56,757 bases of DNA, taken from NCBI GenBank assembly GCA_035536395.1, contig DATLOE010000017.1, positions 1-56,757 of the forward strand. Reading direction: 5' to 3'. Made by a program: the position numbers and the translations under genes. The stretch comes from Candidatus Dormiibacterota bacterium. GTDB taxonomy: Bacteria; Patescibacteriota; Saccharimonadia; UBA4664; DATLOE01. Positions within the stretch are counted from its first letter, which is position 1. The number at the start of each line of letters is the position of its first letter. Below are positions 24,470-34,266 of this stretch, one piece after another. The notes beneath the pieces are model-generated. The model was given only the letters and a program-made list of their open reading frames with translations, was not told the origin of the DNA and ran no database searches.

Positions 24470-25606
24470 ATGCCCGTAAAGAGTACAGCTAAGAAAATTA
24501 CTATGGAGGAGCTACTCGAGCAGCAGCCGGTAGCGGCTATTCGGGTTGGAGATGTCGTAGAAGGCACCGTAGTCGATGTTGATAAGCATGAGATATGGCT
24601 TGACCTAGGGCCTAAGGGTACTGGCCAGGTCATAGGCCGAGAAATTGAGCAGTCTGAAGACATTAAGCCCGGCGACACTATTAGTGCCGGTGTGCTTGAT
24701 CCTGAAAGTGACGACGGGGTAGTGATACTCAGTCTTAAGAAAGTTGCTAAGGAAAAAGGCTGGGAAGCCTTGAGCGAAAAATTAGCTTCGGGTGAAGTCT
24801 TTACGATTTATCCATACGATGCCAACAAAGGAGGACTGCTGGTGGAAGCAGAGGGTATTCGCGGCTTTTTGCCCGTGTCACAGCTCTCAGCAGAGAACTA
24901 CCCGCGGGTTTCTGGGGCAGATAAAGATGAGATTCTGCACCGCCTGACAAACTTAATCAATAAGCCTTTGCAGGTCAGAGTACTAGACCTTGATCGGCGC
25001 GAGAACAAGCTGATCGTTTCTGAGAAAGCCGCCCGACGGGAAGATACTGAGAGCAAGGTTTCTCAGTTGAAGGTTGGACAGACCGTAAAGGGGCTTGTGA
25101 CCGGTGTGGTAGATTTCGGAATTTTTGTAAATGTCGATGGCATTGAAGGCCTGGTGCATATTTCGGAAATTGCCTGGGATAGAGTAGAAAATCCATCAAA
25201 GTATGTGAAGATCGGCCAGGAGATCGAGGCCAAGATTATTGCGATAGACCGCGACAAGCTTTCGCTTTCCATCAAGCAACTACAGGAGGACCCATGGCAA
25301 TCAGAGGTTGAAGGTCTGAAAGTTGGAGGTGAGGTCGAAGGAAAGATTACCCGCATTACGCCATTTGGGGCGTTTGTGCAGGTAACTCCAGTGGTCGAAG
25401 CTCTAGTTCACATTTCGGAGCTAAGCGACAGCCATATAGAAGATCCCAACAAGCTGGTGAAGCTGGGTGAGAAGAAAAGATTCCGGATTATCGCCATAGA
25501 TTCTGAGGCACACAAGCTTTCGCTCAGCTTAAAAAAGCCAGAAAAGGCTTCAGGAGCCGCTAAGGCCACTGCAAAACCGGCCGAGACGCCTGCTAAGGAG
25601 GCTTAA
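24470..25606 (+). CDS. rpsA: 30S ribosomal protein S1 (four S1 domains)
   Basis: Repeated S1/OB motifs are present: G.V.G.V....G.FV...G..GL.HISE. Confidence 0.9.
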   Translation: MPVKSTAKKITMEELLEQQPVAAIRVGDVVEGTVVDVDKHEIWLDLGPKGTGQVIGREIEQSEDIKPGDTISAGVLDPESDDGVVILSLKKVAKEKGWEALSEKLASGEVFTIYPYDANKGGLLVEAEGIRGFLPVSQLSAENYPRVSGADKDEILHRLTNLINKPLQVRVLDLDRRENKLIVSEKAARREDTESKVSQLKVGQTVKGLVTGVVDFGIFVNVDGIEGLVHISEIAWDRVENPSKYVKIGQEIEAKIIAIDRDKLSLSIKQLQEDPWQSEVEGLKVGGEVEGKITRITPFGAFVQVTPVVEALVHISELSDSHIEDPNKLVKLGEKKRFRIIAIDSEAHKLSLSLKKPEKASGAAKATAKPAETPAKEA

Positions 25607-25609
25607 GTC

Positions 25610-25804
25610 GTGCCGGCACGTCCGCTTAGGCGCTGTCGGGTCTGTCGTATTCAAAAGCCGAAAGGTGAGCTTATGCGTTGGGTTAAGAAAAATGGTACAT
25701 TAATGCCTGATACCACCCAGCGCCAGCCAGGCAGAGGCTACTATGTCTGCAGCGAGGCGCATGCGGGCAAACTGGCTGAGATTATTCGTAAAACGGGTCG
25801 ATAA
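25610..25804 (+). CDS. ylxR: YlxR/DUF448 family RNA-binding protein
   Basis: Motifs seen: RRCRVCRIQKPKGELMRWV and GRGYYVC. The start is GTG, preceded by an AAGGAGG RBS. Confidence 0.85.
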   Translation: MPARPLRRCRVCRIQKPKGELMRWVKKNGTLMPDTTQRQPGRGYYVCSEAHAGKLAEIIRKTGR

Positions 25805-25813
25805 GGAGTAGAA

Positions 25814-27583
25814 ATGGCCGAAATCAAACAAGACAGCAAGACCGTTCAGATAGCACCGATTGTAGGAGTGGGGGAGTTCGCGTCGAAATTAGGCCTGCCC
25901 GTTACGACCGTGATCGCCGAGCTAATGAAGAATGGTGTGATGGCTACCATTAATGAACAGATAGATTTTGATACGGCTGCTATTATCGGTACCGATTTAG
26001 GGTACGACGTGCAGCCGGAGCCAGTAGAGGCGGCTCCAGCTCCCAAGGTAACCGCCAAAGATGACAAGGCCGGTGAATCGCGACCACCAGTGGTTGCGGT
26101 AATGGGGCATGTCGATCACGGTAAAACTTCATTGCTAGATGCGATTCGCTCCACCGATATTGCGACCAAAGAGGCCGGGGGCATTACTCAGCACATCGGT
26201 GCCTACCAGATTAAAAGAGGGGAGCGCTGGATAACATTCCTGGATACACCTGGGCACGAGGCTTTCTCGGCCATTCGCGCTCACGGAGCCAAACTGACCG
26301 ATGTGGCAATTATTGTAGTAGCGGCTGATGACGGCGTAAAACCTCAGACCAAGGAGGCGATTCGCTACGCCAAAGAGGCTGGAGTGCAGATCGTAATTGC
26401 GATAAATAAGATAGATAAAGAAGGAGCTGATTCAAACCGTGTACGGCAAGAATTGGGTGAACTAGAGCTGGTACCGGAGGAGTGGGGCGGCAAAACCGTA
26501 ATGGTCGATGTGTCGGCTAAAGCCGGCCAAAATATCGATAAACTACTGGACATGGTTCTACTCGTAGCCGATATTGAAGACCTGCGCACCGTTAAAGACC
26601 GTCCGGCCGATGGCTGGATTATTGAATCGCATGTGGAATCAGGCCGGGGGCCGACAGCTACCGTCTTAATACATAATGGCACTCTAAACGTCGGTGATTA
26701 TATGGCGGCCGGGGGCACTTATGTAAAGATCCGCAGCCTGTCAGATTACCGTGGCCGGAGGATTAAACAGGCTACCGGCGGGATGCCGGCTGTGGTTACC
26801 GGCTTTAAGGCGGTGCCTAGTTTTGGGGATTACTTTAAAGAGTTTGAGAACGAAAAGCTGGCGCGTGATTTTGCGGTGCAGAACCAGCGTCAGGACTCTA
26901 TTAAGAGCATGGTAAAAGTTAAAAAAATCGAAGTCAGTGATCTAACCGATGCTATTTCGGCTGGTGAGGTGCGCGAACTGAATGTGGTCATCAAGGCCGA
27001 CGTTCAGGGCTCACTAGAGTCTTTACAGGACAGTCTAAAGACTCTCGGTAACGAAGAAGTGGCTATTCGCGTTGTGTCGCAGGCACTGGGAGATGTGAGC
27101 GAATCAGACATTAATTTTGCGGCCGCCTCAGGTGCTTTGGTACTAGGATTTAATGTCGGCATTAGCTCGGCCGTTAAGCAATTGGCTACCCGGGAGAACG
27201 TAGATGTACGCTTGTACAAGGTGATTTATGAGCTACTGGATGATATGCGGGCGGGATTAAGCCAGATGCTGCCGCCAGAGATTATTGAAACTGTGGTAGG
27301 TAAACTTAAGATATTAGGTGTTTTTAAAACCACCAAAGCCTTTGTAGTCTGCGGCGGTGAAGTGACAGAGGGTAAGGTGGAGCCGGGTCTAAAAGTCCGT
27401 ATTTCGCGAGCGAAAGAGATTATAGGAACCGGTACGGTCGATAATGTTCAGAAGGAAAAGAACCAAGTAAAAGAAGCTGCCAAAGGCGAGCAGTGCGGTA
27501 TGCACATAGTTACAGCCACACCGATTAATATCGATGATCGATTGGAATTTTATAAGACAGAAGAGCGCAAGCGCTCACTTTAA
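25814..27583 (+). CDS. infB: translation initiation factor IF-2 (short N-terminus)
   Basis: Motifs seen: VVAVMGHVDHGKTSLLD, DTPGHEAF and NKIDK. The C-terminal domains are typical of IF2. Confidence 0.97.
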   Translation: MAEIKQDSKTVQIAPIVGVGEFASKLGLPVTTVIAELMKNGVMATINEQIDFDTAAIIGTDLGYDVQPEPVEAAPAPKVTAKDDKAGESRPPVVAVMGHVDHGKTSLLDAIRSTDIATKEAGGITQHIGAYQIKRGERWITFLDTPGHEAFSAIRAHGAKLTDVAIIVVAADDGVKPQTKEAIRYAKEAGVQIVIAINKIDKEGADSNRVRQELGELELVPEEWGGKTVMVDVSAKAGQNIDKLLDMVLLVADIEDLRTVKDRPADGWIIESHVESGRGPTATVLIHNGTLNVGDYMAAGGTYVKIRSLSDYRGRRIKQATGGMPAVVTGFKAVPSFGDYFKEFENEKLARDFAVQNQRQDSIKSMVKVKKIEVSDLTDAISAGEVRELNVVIKADVQGSLESLQDSLKTLGNEEVAIRVVSQALGDVSESDINFAAASGALVLGFNVGISSAVKQLATRENVDVRLYKVIYELLDDMRAGLSQMLPPEIIETVVGKLKILGVFKTTKAFVVCGGEVTEGKVEPGLKVRISRAKEIIGTGTVDNVQKEKNQVKEAAKGEQCGMHIVTATPINIDDRLEFYKTEERKRSL

Positions 27584-27595
27584 GAGCGGAGTAAA

Positions 27596-27925
27596 ATGAA
27601 TCAGCGAGTACTTAAAGTCGAAAGTGTCTTACGCCAAATCACGGCTTCCGAGCTGGCAAAGCTCTCTAGTTACTCGGCTCATATTACAGTTACAGATGTA
27701 GATGTTTCTCCCGATATGCGCAATGGCATTATTTGGATAGGTATCATGGCGGGGAGCGCGGATGAGAGAGATAATATTCAGAAACATATTGAGGGCCTAA
27801 GGGGCGAGATACAGTCAGCAGTAGCCGCTGGACTGAAAAGCAAGCGCACACCTCGGATTACCTTTAAGCTTGATACTGGCGGTGAGCACGCAGATAAAAT
27901 CGATAGGCTGATTAAAGGCCTCTAA
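27596..27925 (+). CDS. rbfA: ribosome-binding factor A
   Basis: The gene follows infB. The motif ITVTDVDVSPDMRNGIIWI and the RTPRITFKLD pattern are present. Confidence 0.85.
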   Translation: MNQRVLKVESVLRQITASELAKLSSYSAHITVTDVDVSPDMRNGIIWIGIMAGSADERDNIQKHIEGLRGEIQSAVAAGLKSKRTPRITFKLDTGGEHADKIDRLIKGL

Positions 27926-27939
27926 CAGCTTAAGAAGCA

Positions 27940-27968
27940 TTGACTTTTGTCACTCAAGATGCTAAAGT
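27940..27968 (+). promoter_or_regulatory. promoter of the high-GC 480-aa gene (TTGACT - 17 nt - TAAAGT)
   Basis: The hexamers and spacing fit. A leader of about 110 nt contains the hairpin TTAAGGGTT-GTG-AACCCTTA and an AGGAGG RBS. Confidence 0.4.
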
Positions 27969-28082
27969 ATTCACTTTACGTGAGGTAGGCAGAGGCTGCG
28001 CCTTGGACATTGAAAGCCGAAAAGTTAACCAGTTAAGGGTTGTGAACCCTTATTAACAAAAAACCGACTCAGGAGGTATAGC

Positions 28083-29525
28083 ATGGCTCGCAAGAGCGGC
28101 AAAAAGCGGCGCACCGAACGAGGCCGCAAGCCATTCAAGCCTGCTGAGTCCAATGGATCCAAGCAGGTTTTGGGTGGTCTCAGCGAACTGGGCGAGGCTG
28201 TGGCAAACGGCGCGCTAGGCGAGGAGATGGCAAGGGAGGTTAGCACTCTCGATCAGCCAGCTATGCATCAGTGCGTTGGCACCAAGAAATCGGGTGAGCG
28301 CTGTGGCATGAAGGTCAAGATGACCAACCGTGAGATTCAGGAGGGGAAGGAGCCGCGCTGCGGACACCACCCACTGCAGAAGAAGCCAGCCAGACCGAGG
28401 CAGTCTGTTTCAATACCGCAAACATCACCGTCAAAGGAGACGATCCAGATGGCTGACATCAGCCGCATACAAGAGATGTCCGTTCAGGACATCATGGAGC
28501 AGATCGACCCGCAGGATCTCAGCCAGGAAGAAGCGAAAGCTGTCCTGGCCTCTATCCTGGGCCGCCGCCGTAGGAAGGTGACTGTTCCTTTTGTGCCGGA
28601 TGAAAGTCAAGATGATCTGACTTTCTACGGCAACAAGGTCTGGTACAAGTCCCTGATTGACGGCGACGGAGAAGAAGATCCTCTCGGCAACTCGGGACGG
28701 ATCAGCTACGGCCTGAAGGACTTCGAGAGGATGATCGACCGCAAAAGGCCGGTTCGCTCGATTTCTGCCAAGCTGGTCGGTTATATAATCGGCCTGTTGT
28801 TTGCGATTGGGGTGATCAAGGATGATTCTGACACCCCGGGGGCGAGAGCCTATCGCAAGGCACTTGCCTTCTCACTCGTAGGGGGCAAGACCCTAGACGA
28901 GTTGATGGACGAGGAGGCTAAGAAGGAGGCTGAGCGCCGTGAGCGGCAGCAGCAGAAGCGCATCCAGCAGAAGCTGACTCAGGCTCGTGAGGACGAAAAC
29001 AAGCCGGAATCAGAGCCGGCTGAGCAGCCCCAGGCGGCCCAAACCGATGATACGGCTACGGAGGAGTCTCTCGAAGAGACCCCTCCAGCCGCACCGGAGG
29101 TGCCGGCCGAAGTCCCGACTGAGGAGCCAAAGGCCGAGAGACCGGTTCCTCTACCTCAGGAAGAGGAGAAGCCGAAAACCTCTCAGTCGCAGAGAAGTGA
29201 GAGGCCGCAACGCCCCCAGAAGCCCCAGTCTCCGCCCACTCGACCCGAAAGGGAGCCGGTGGCTGAGCCCGAGGCAGAAGGGAGTAACGGCAAAGGCAAT
29301 GATGCCGAGCTCGCTGAGCTGCGCAAGGAAGTAAATCAGCTCAAAAGCTACCCCGCTGTGAGGGCGGAGCTGTTGCGCCAAGAGGTCAGGAACCTGCGTG
29401 AGCAGGCAGTGCGCCTGATCTCAGAGGCCGATGCCAAGGATGCAGAAGCCGAAGCACTACTTGGCACACCGCAGCCGGTGGAGAAGCCCAAGAAGGGTAT
29501 TCTCTCCAAGCTGACTGGCGGCTGA
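28083..29525 (+). CDS. hypothetical protein, high-GC gene: basic N-terminus, Cys/His cluster, one central TM helix, long Glu/Pro/Lys-rich region and C-terminal coiled coil
   Basis: 480-aa ORF with a strong RBS. Third codon positions are G/C-rich. Segments seen: CVGTKKSGERCGMKV...PRCGHHP, the TM helix LVGYIIGLLFAIGVI, EAKKEAERRERQQQKRIQQKL, and PEVPAEVPTEEPKAERPVPLPQEEEKPK. Confidence 0.7.
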   Translation: MARKSGKKRRTERGRKPFKPAESNGSKQVLGGLSELGEAVANGALGEEMAREVSTLDQPAMHQCVGTKKSGERCGMKVKMTNREIQEGKEPRCGHHPLQKKPARPRQSVSIPQTSPSKETIQMADISRIQEMSVQDIMEQIDPQDLSQEEAKAVLASILGRRRRKVTVPFVPDESQDDLTFYGNKVWYKSLIDGDGEEDPLGNSGRISYGLKDFERMIDRKRPVRSISAKLVGYIIGLLFAIGVIKDDSDTPGARAYRKALAFSLVGGKTLDELMDEEAKKEAERRERQQQKRIQQKLTQAREDENKPESEPAEQPQAAQTDDTATEESLEETPPAAPEVPAEVPTEEPKAERPVPLPQEEEKPKTSQSQRSERPQRPQKPQSPPTRPEREPVAEPEAEGSNGKGNDAELAELRKEVNQLKSYPAVRAELLRQEVRNLREQAVRLISEADAKDAEAEALLGTPQPVEKPKKGILSKLTGG

Positions 29526-29534
29526 GCCGCACAA

Positions 29535-29567
29535 GTACTGGGGAGGGCACGATGCCCTCCCCAGTAC
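29535..29567. terminator. 15-bp perfect GC-rich hairpin between the convergent genes
   Basis: The hairpin is GTACTGGGGAGGGCA-CGA-TGCCCTCCCCAGTAC. Confidence 0.6.
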
Positions 29568-29598
29568 ACTTTACTATCCTTAACTGCTTAACTTTATC

Positions 29599-30426
29599 TT
29601 AGAGCCTAAGGCCGCGAGTGAATTCACTCGCGGTCATTTCTTTTTTACCAGCCGGTTTAAGCCGGTTTATTAGAAGCGAATCCTTACCACAGCCGACAAT
29701 CAGCTTGCCGTCATTTATTTTTACCAGCCCGGGCAGAATTTTCACTTTAGTGGCCTCAGCCGAAGTAATCGTAATGTCCTTCTTAAACAATTCGGCCTTA
29801 CTGCCGGGCCAGCCGAGGTAAGCCCTTATTTCACGCTCAAGCTGCTCGGCCGGTTTTCGCCAATCAATCACACCATCACTTTTCTGAATTAATTTTGTAT
29901 AGCTAGGAGCGGTGGAGCTGTCTTGCTCCTTGGGCTTAGTGGAACCACTCGCGATACCGGGCAAAACCTCAAGTAAAAGCTTCGCGCCAATGCCTTGCAG
30001 CTTTACGGCCAGCTCAGCTTTCTCTTCATGGCCTGTAAGTTTGATACTTTCTTGTGCGTAAAGCGGCCCGGAATCCATACCTGCAGTTAACTTCATAATT
30101 GAGACACCGGTCTCTGCTGCGCCATCCAATATAGCCTGCTCAATCGGTGTCGGCCCGCGATAGATAGGTAATAAAGAGGGGTGGATATTAATGACACCTA
30201 GGGGAAACTGATCCAATACAGCCTGCGGCAGAATCTTGCCGTGGGAAGCCAGTACAGCAAGACTCGCCTGGTGCCGCGTATCTCCAACTTGCCCCGTAAT
30301 CACCGCTTCAATCTGAAAACCAGCCTCTTGCAGGCTGTTGCGAATAAGAGGCTGGGGGTTATAAGCGCCAGTGGTTAGCTTTTCATTGCCAAAAAAAACT
30401 ACCTTGGTCATATTTGCGTCTTTCAT
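29599..30426 (-). CDS. fmt: methionyl-tRNA formyltransferase (short form)
   Basis: Motifs seen: VVFFGNE, INIHPSLLPIYRGPTPI and KPAGKKEMTASEFTRG. An ATGA overlap links it to def. Confidence 0.9.
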   Translation of the reverse strand: MKDANMTKVVFFGNEKLTTGAYNPQPLIRNSLQEAGFQIEAVITGQVGDTRHQASLAVLASHGKILPQAVLDQFPLGVINIHPSLLPIYRGPTPIEQAILDGAAETGVSIMKLTAGMDSGPLYAQESIKLTGHEEKAELAVKLQGIGAKLLLEVLPGIASGSTKPKEQDSSTAPSYTKLIQKSDGVIDWRKPAEQLEREIRAYLGWPGSKAELFKKDITITSAEATKVKILPGLVKINDGKLIVGCGKDSLLINRLKPAGKKEMTASEFTRGLRL

Positions 30427-30974
30427 GTGGTCTCGGGTTGGTGTATGAACTCGCCCTTGGCATCCAGCCGGTAGAGCTTAGAGGGGTCTTTAACACGGTC
30501 TATAAACAGCTTGCCGTTGGTGTGGTCGATTTCATGCTGCATCACTCTAGCCAAAAAGCCTGTGGCTGTAATACGTACCGGTTTACCATTAATATCTGTT
30601 CCTTTCACCTTAACTTTCGGGTATCTGGGCACCGAGCCGTAGAGATCTTTCACGCTCAGGCAGCCCTCCATTGCTTCCACCGGTTCACCCTCGTACTTAA
30701 CTATTTCCGGGTTGATTAGAACTTTAAAATCCTTAGCTTCTTTATCTTCAAAATTACGACGGATAATTATTACACGATAAAGCTTGCCTAGCTGAACAGC
30801 CGCCAGCGCCGCGCCGAACTCATGCTTACGGCTGGCCTCCCAATCAAGCGTGGCCTCTACCATTAAATCTGCCAACTCTTTGGTGGAGTGGTCTATATGG
30901 CTGATCTTGCGTGAGGGTTTACGCAGCCGCGGATCCGGCAGTTTAATAATTAGGTCTTTTGGGGTCTGTTTCAT
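30423..30974 (-). CDS. def: peptide deformylase
   Basis: The three signature motifs GAALAAVQLG, EGCLS and HEIDH are present. Confidence 0.95.
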   Translation of the reverse strand: MKQTPKDLIIKLPDPRLRKPSRKISHIDHSTKELADLMVEATLDWEASRKHEFGAALAAVQLGKLYRVIIIRRNFEDKEAKDFKVLINPEIVKYEGEPVEAMEGCLSVKDLYGSVPRYPKVKVKGTDINGKPVRITATGFLARVMQHEIDHTNGKLFIDRVKDPSKLYRLDAKGEFIHQPETT

Positions 30975-32914
30975 AATAGGTTAGTTGGATCCAAATCTGC
31001 TTTCCAGCCAGCTGGTAGCTTATCTGCAATTTGCTGCAGTGTTCCTCTGGCCGGCGATTTAATAATGATGTGCCACTGGTACAGCCCTCCGGCGCGCTCG
31101 TGAAAGGCCGGTGCTGGGCCAAGTATCTCTGTTTTCTCCAGCCCGCTGATTCGCTCTAGAAGCTTGCCGGTTTCGGCTTCCACTTTATCACGTTTGGCGT
31201 GACTGTAGGTTAATTTTAACAAATAGCGGTAGGGTGGGTAACCCATAAGCCGCCGGTTGGCCAGCTCAGCTTCCGCAAAACTCCAGAAATCATGACGCGC
31301 GGCCTGCTGAATAGCCGGGTGGTCTGGGGTGTGGGTTTGAATGAATACTTTACCCGGTTGCCTGCGGCCCGCCCGCCCGCTGACCTGTGAAAGCAGCTGG
31401 AAGGTCCTCTCGGCAGCGGAAAAATCTGGGATATGCAGCATGGTGTCGGCGTTTATAACACCGATAATATCGAGCTTGGGCAAGTCTAGCCCTTTAGCGA
31501 TCATTTGAGTGCCAATCAGTATATCTATATCACCCGAGTGAAGCTCGCGATATAGCTGGTGAAGCGTTTTTGGGTTAAGGCTGTCGCGGTCTATACGACT
31601 CAGTCGTGCTTTGGGCAAGAGGGAGATGATTTCGGCTTCTATGCGCTTAGTGCCACTGCCGACATAGCGGATATCACTTGAGCCACACTGGCTGCAAGTG
31701 GCGGTCGGCGTAGCTTGCCAGTTGCAAAGATGGCAGGTCAGCTTCATCACATCTGCATGCAGGGTGAGGGGCAGCGAGCAGTTAGGGCATTTGCTGACAT
31801 CCCCGCAATCTCCGCATATCCGGCTAGAGGCGCTGCCACGGCGGTTTATAAACAACAGTGATTGTCGGTTTTGCTTGAATGTAACCTTCAGTGCATCTAG
31901 CAAGGGTTCAGATATATAGCGGCTGGATTTAAACAGCTCCTTGTCGCGCAAATCAATAATCTCGGCGGTAGGCATACTGAGACCAGCTACGCGTTCGGTG
32001 ATTTTAGATAAGCTAATCTTGCCCTGATGAGCCAAAAAAACCTCCCACAATCCTGGTGTGGCACTTCCCAGCACCAATTTGGCACCGCACAGACTAGCCA
32101 GCTTGGCGGCCGTGGTTACGGCGTGGTACCTAGGTGTTTGGTCTTGTTTATAGCTTGTTTCATGGCACTCATCGACTACGATTAGGCCGGGATTTGGCAC
32201 TGGTACAAACAGGCTAGAGCGTGGCCCGATAACTATTAATGGCGTGTCGCTTGTGTGGGCTTTTTGCCAGACTTGGTGCCGCTGGCTTTCACTCAGACCA
32301 GAGTGGTAGCTTAAGACCTGGCCGGGAAAGTGGGCTTCGAAGGCCGCGATTAATTGGGCGGTCAGGGCGATTTCGGGGATTAATATAATGGCTGAACGGT
32401 TGCGGCCTATGGCGTCTTCGGCCAGTTTTAGGTAGATTAATGTCTTGCCCGAGCCGGTAACCCCTTGTAAAAGATGTGTTTGCTGCCGGCTCTCTAGGAT
32501 CTCAGTGAGTGCCTTTTTCTGCTGCGCAGTTAACTTGTGATCCTGTTTATCTGCCTTAAAGGAATCAGCCGCAAGCACAGCTCGGCGCTTTCTCTGGATA
32601 CCAGTCGGCAGCATCATCTGCCATACCGATCCCGGATCCGCGCAGTAGTAAGCGCTGATCCATTCTGCCAGTTGGCAAAGGTAGGGTGGGAGGGGGTGAA
32701 TATCGACAACTTCCGTAACCTTTTTGGTAGCAAACTTAGGTTTGGATGAGCAGCCGGTAACTACTCCGTAAACCTGTTTATTCCTCAGCGGCACCTTAAC
32801 GACCTGGCCGACCTGAAGCGGCTCGGGCCAATGGTAAGTAAGTCCGCCCCTGGCGCCGGCTTGGGCGAGGGGGGATATTAGCAGGTAATGCGTTTTTTCC
32901 ACCGTTTTTTCCAT
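30971..32914 (-). CDS. priA: primosomal protein N' (PriA helicase)
   Basis: Motifs seen: Walker A GVTGSGKT, DECH, a Cys-rich Zn insertion CGDCGDVSKCPNCS...CHLC...CSQCG, and GRAGR. Confidence 0.93.
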   Translation of the reverse strand: MEKTVEKTHYLLISPLAQAGARGGLTYHWPEPLQVGQVVKVPLRNKQVYGVVTGCSSKPKFATKKVTEVVDIHPLPPYLCQLAEWISAYYCADPGSVWQMMLPTGIQRKRRAVLAADSFKADKQDHKLTAQQKKALTEILESRQQTHLLQGVTGSGKTLIYLKLAEDAIGRNRSAIILIPEIALTAQLIAAFEAHFPGQVLSYHSGLSESQRHQVWQKAHTSDTPLIVIGPRSSLFVPVPNPGLIVVDECHETSYKQDQTPRYHAVTTAAKLASLCGAKLVLGSATPGLWEVFLAHQGKISLSKITERVAGLSMPTAEIIDLRDKELFKSSRYISEPLLDALKVTFKQNRQSLLFINRRGSASSRICGDCGDVSKCPNCSLPLTLHADVMKLTCHLCNWQATPTATCSQCGSSDIRYVGSGTKRIEAEIISLLPKARLSRIDRDSLNPKTLHQLYRELHSGDIDILIGTQMIAKGLDLPKLDIIGVINADTMLHIPDFSAAERTFQLLSQVSGRAGRRQPGKVFIQTHTPDHPAIQQAARHDFWSFAEAELANRRLMGYPPYRYLLKLTYSHAKRDKVEAETGKLLERISGLEKTEILGPAPAFHERAGGLYQWHIIIKSPARGTLQQIADKLPAGWKADLDPTNLL

Positions 32915-32958
32915 ACGGCTATTATAACCGCGAGAACGAAAGTGCTATAATTTCTGGC

Positions 32959-34266
32959 ATGAGTTTGCGGGTGAAGATAATATTAATTACTGTTTTAGCC
33001 CTACTGGCAGCTGTAATCGCATACCCTAAAGAGAGTGATTTGCTGCGTGTAATTGGCTTTAAACAGAACCTGCAAGTAAAGCAGGGTCTGGATCTGCAGG
33101 GCGGAGCGCATTTAGTGTTTGAGGCTGATCTTTCCAAGACCCCAGAGAAAGAGCGAACCAAGGCTATGGAAGCGCTGATTGAAGTTATACAAAAGCGGGC
33201 CAACCCGGCCGGAACGGCCGAGGTAAACGTGCAGCGCCAAGGCCAAAACCGTGTAATCGTGGAGCTACCAGGAGTAAGGGATACTGCCGATGCCATTGAC
33301 CGTATTGGCCGCACAGCCAGGCTAGAGTTCCTAGAGGTCAGCCCTAGTAGCCAGCAGACATCACTGCTTGAGCTTACGGGAGACGACATACAGGCTATTA
33401 ATATCGATTTCGACCCGACCAGTAATCGCCCAGTGGGGAGGCTGGAGATGAAGGGTGGGGACGCGACAAAAAAGTTTGCCGATGCTACCACAACAATCAA
33501 TAAGACAGGCAGTCTACTGCTAATTACGGTAGACGGTCAGCCGGCTTTTGGCCCGGCAACTGTTTCGGAGCCGATTGTAGACGGTACGGCTCAGCTGCAG
33601 GGCAACTTTGCGACCGTGGAGGAGGCCAAGAAAACGGTTGAACTAATTAGGGGCGGTCAACTGCCGGTGCCGGTTGACCTGGTAGAGCAGCGTACAGTGG
33701 GACCGACACTAGGACAAGAATCGATCGATCGCAGTCTGGTGGCGGGGATTATTGGCTTAAGCATTGTAGCCCTATTTATGCTGGCTTACTACCGTTTAAG
33801 CGGGGTGGTGGCGGTACTAGCCTTAATGTTTTATGCAGCGCTAGTGCTCGCGATTATTAAACTGAGCTCCCTTACCGATTACACAATAGTTCTAACTTTG
33901 GCCGGTACAGCCGGGTTCATACTAAGTATCGGTATGGCGGTAGATGCCAATATTCTGATATTCGAGCGCATGAAAGAGGAACTGAGAGCCGGTAAATCCC
34001 TGCTGGCGGCCCTAGAGGCCGGTTTTGATAGGGCCTGGACATCTATTAGGGATTCTAACGTTTCAACCTTAATAACCTGCACCATTCTCTATATCTTCGG
34101 CACAGCGATTATTAAAGGCTTCGCTGTCACATTGGCTTTGGGTGTACTGGTAAGTATGTTTACAGCAGTTGTGGTCAGCCGCACGCTGCTAAGGGTGGTT
34201 ATTCGCCAAAAGTGGGCGAGCCGGCTTGGGCTATACGGCGTTAAACCTCAGGAGATACAGTCGTGA
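32959..34266 (+). CDS. secD: protein translocase subunit SecD
   Basis: Motifs seen: LGLDLQGG-like (QGLDLQGGAHLV), VGPTLG, and the C-terminal 6-TM RND-like domain. Confidence 0.93.
   Translation: MSLRVKIILITVLALLAAVIAYPKESDLLRVIGFKQNLQVKQGLDLQGGAHLVFEADLSKTPEKERTKAMEALIEVIQKRANPAGTAEVNVQRQGQNRVIVELPGVRDTADAIDRIGRTARLEFLEVSPSSQQTSLLELTGDDIQAINIDFDPTSNRPVGRLEMKGGDATKKFADATTTINKTGSLLLITVDGQPAFGPATVSEPIVDGTAQLQGNFATVEEAKKTVELIRGGQLPVPVDLVEQRTVGPTLGQESIDRSLVAGIIGLSIVALFMLAYYRLSGVVAVLALMFYAALVLAIIKLSSLTDYTIVLTLAGTAGFILSIGMAVDANILIFERMKEELRAGKSLLAALEAGFDRAWTSIRDSNVSTLITCTILYIFGTAIIKGFAVTLALGVLVSMFTAVVVSRTLLRVVIRQKWASRLGLYGVKPQEIQS

Noticed and set aside
32922-33500. 192-aa minus-strand ORF.
   Set aside because: It is antisense to the 5' end of secD, which has clear SecD motifs. 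It has a low-complexity Ser-rich composition and no RBS.
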